In this document: positions 62,184 through 64,000 of the stretch, one piece after another
How positions within the stretch are numbered: the stretch's first letter is position 1
Layout: each line of letters begins with the position of its first letter
Source of the DNA: Terriglobia bacterium
GTDB lineage: Bacteria > Acidobacteriota > Terriglobia > Acidiferrales > UBA7541
Assembly: GCA_963695545.1 (NCBI GenBank)
Contig: OY968796.1
Span: 2,304,001 to 2,368,000, forward strand
Direction of reading: 5' to 3'
DNA: 64,000 nt
Position numbers and translations under genes: made by a program
Notes under the pieces: generated by a model
Told to the model about the DNA's origin: nothing
Seen by the model: the letters and a program-made list of their open reading frames with translations, nothing else
Databases searched by the model: none

Positions 62184-64000
62184 TCAGGCCGCTTGGCCGT
62201 GACACTTCTTGTATTTTTTCCCGCTACCGCAGGGGCAGGGATCGTTGCGGCCGATTTTGGCACCGGTGCGCACTGGCTTCGGGGCTTCGGCTTGCGCGGC
62301 GCCGGCTTGATACTGCATTTGTTGCTGTTGCCTGCGCTGGCGGCGTTCGATTTCCTTGGCTTGATCCTCAGGCCGCGCGGGCTGGATCAGGAAAAGATAG
62401 CGGACAGTTTCCGCGTCGATGCGGCCCATCAACTCTTCAAACAGCGTGAATGCTTCGCGTTTGAATTCGACCAGCGGATCTTTTTGCCCGTAGCCGCGCA
62501 GGCCGATGCCTTCTTTCAGGTGATCGAGCGTGAGCAGATGGTCTTTCCATTGCGTGTCGACGCGATCGAGGATCACGCGGCGCTCGAGCCAGCGCATCAT
62601 CTCGCTTCCGAACTGCTTTTCTTTGTCCTCGTAGCGCTGCTTGACGGCGGCGACGATCGCGTCGCTCAATTCGGCATTCGTTAGCATCGTCGGATCGATG
62701 CCTACGGCCTTTAGGTCGATGCCGAATTGCGCGAGCACTTCGCCCGCGAGCGCTGTGGTGTTCCATTTTTCGGGGTGTTCGTTTGGAGGGCAGGTGTTGT
62801 TGACGATCTCCATCGCCAGTTCTTCGGCGATGCCCATGGCGTATTGCTTCTGATCTTTTCCTTCAAGCGCGGAGCGGCGAATCGAATAGATCGTTTCGCG
62901 CTGCTTGTTCATCACGTCGTCGTATTCGAGCAGGTGTTTGCGCTGCTCGAAGTTTTGCGCTTCACGCGATTCCTGCGCGGTCTCGATGCGCTTGGAAATG
63001 AGGCGTGATTCGATGGGCACTCCTTCGGTCATTCCGAGACGAAACATCAAGGCTTTGACGCGCTCGCCGCCGAAGACGCGCAGCAGATCGTCTTCGAGCG
63101 AAAGGAAAAAGCGCGAAGAACCGGGATCGCCCTGGCGGCCGGCGCGGCCGCGAAGTTGATTATCAATGCGGCGAGCTTCGTGCCGCTCGGTGCCCAGGAT
63201 GTGCAGGCCGCCGAGCGCCACGACCTCATCGTGCTCGGCGCGGCACTGCTGATTGAAATCATCGTAGAGCGGTTTCCACTGATCGAGCGGAACCTCAAAT
63301 ACTTTGCCTTCATGCTGGAACAGAACCATGTTCGGCGGCGCTACGCCGCTCGGATCGTCGGTGCCGATCACCGGCGCGGCCGAAGCGTGCGGGATGGCGA
63401 GCTTGTTCTTCAGGCAATATTCGCGCGTCATGGCTTCGGGATTGCCGCCGAGCAGGATGTCGGTGCCGCGTCCCGCCATGTTGGTGGAAACGGTCACCGA
63501 ACCCTTGCGGCCGGCTTGCGCGATCACTTTGGCTTCGCGCTCGTGCTGTTTGGCGTTGAGCACCTGATGCGGGATACCGGCTTTTTTGAGATGTTCGGCG
63601 AGCTGCTCGGATTTTTCGATCGAGATTGTGCCCAGCAGGACGGGCTGGCCCGATTCGTGGATCTGGCGCACGCCGTGCTCGTAGGTGCCGTCTTCCTGAA
63701 GGATGCCGTTGACGACGGCGGTGAACTTTTCCGCTTCTGTGCGGTACACGACGTCATGGAATTCCTGGCGGCGCAAGTCGCGGTTGGTGGGAATCACGCA
63801 GACGTCAAGGCCATAGATTTTGTGGAATTCGGCGGCCTCGGTTTCGGCCGTGCCGGTCATGCCGGAAAGCTTGCTGTACATGCGGAAATAGTTCTGGAAG
63901 GTGATGGTCGCGAGGGTTTGATTTTCGCGCTCGATCTTCACGCCTTCCTTGGCTTCGACGGCCTGATGAAGACCGTCGGACCAGCGGCGGCCGGGCATTT
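62184..64000 (-). CDS. secA: Preprotein translocase SecA (3' part)
   Basis: [61 protein letters not shown]. Confidence 0.97.
   Translation of the reverse strand, partial: MPGRRWSDGLHQAVEAKEGVKIERENQTLATITFQNYFRMYSKLSGMTGTAETEAAEFHKIYGLDVCVIPTNRDLRRQEFHDVVYRTEAEKFTAVVNGILQEDGTYEHGVRQIHESGQPVLLGTISIEKSEQLAEHLKKAGIPHQVLNAKQHEREAKVIAQAGRKGSVTVSTNMAGRGTDILLGGNPEAMTREYCLKNKLAIPHASAAPVIGTDDPSGVAPPNMVLFQHEGKVFEVPLDQWKPLYDDFNQQCRAEHDEVVALGGLHILGTERHEARRIDNQLRGRAGRQGDPGSSRFFLSLEDDLLRVFGGERVKALMFRLGMTEGVPIESRLISKRIETAQESREAQNFEQRKHLLEYDDVMNKQRETIYSIRRSALEGKDQKQYAMGIAEELAMEIVNNTCPPNEHPEKWNTTALAGEVLAQFGIDLKAVGIDPTMLTNAELSDAIVAAVKQRYEDKEKQFGSEMMRWLERRVILDRVDTQWKDHLLTLDHLKEGIGLRGYGQKDPLVEFKREAFTLFEELMGRIDAETVRYLFLIQPARPEDQAKEIERRQRRQQQQMQYQAGAAQAEAPKPVRTGAKIGRNDPCPCGSGKKYKKCHGQAA

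Overview
GC-rich bacterial chromosome segment, most likely Acidobacteriota (Terriglobia-like). This is inferred from the Oar-type TonB-dependent receptor, ASH/choice-of-anchor-D lipoproteins, AroD-AroE fusion and protein style. 1-11.8 kb is an accessory surface-glycan region: SAM methyltransferase (partial), ATP-grasp enzyme, rfbABCD, two ASH+FN3 lipoproteins separated by an intact IS3/IS407-group element with 4-bp target duplication, and a VanZ-LamG membrane protein. 11.9-19 kb is a tightly coupled fabZ-lpxA-lpxI-(gnnA-like)-tonB-sORF-miaA-hflX operon. It is followed by pgsA, AMMECR1, aroDE-trpE-trpG, two tandem AsmA-like paralogues and trpD. 30.6-51.7 kb is the complete str-S10-spc-alpha ribosomal superoperon. 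51.8-64 kb holds vanZ, guaB, a YheT-like hydrolase, the TonB-dependent receptor, a Zn-finger/RsbW/degenerate-Rieske operon, an OMP and the 3' part of secA. Most notable points: (1) an unknown, very basic Cys/His ORF inserted between rplB and rpsS, together with large EF-G insertions and r-protein tails; (2) a sigma54-type site stacked on the sigma70 promoter of the str operon; (3) a TonB with a 30-residue-period N-terminal repeat and a coupled 31-aa membrane peptide; (4) a Rieske-like protein lacking its Fe-S ligands. Nine +1 frameshifts in essential genes at 42.6-45.7 kb are most likely sequencing errors. All calls come from reading the sequence; no database searches were run.
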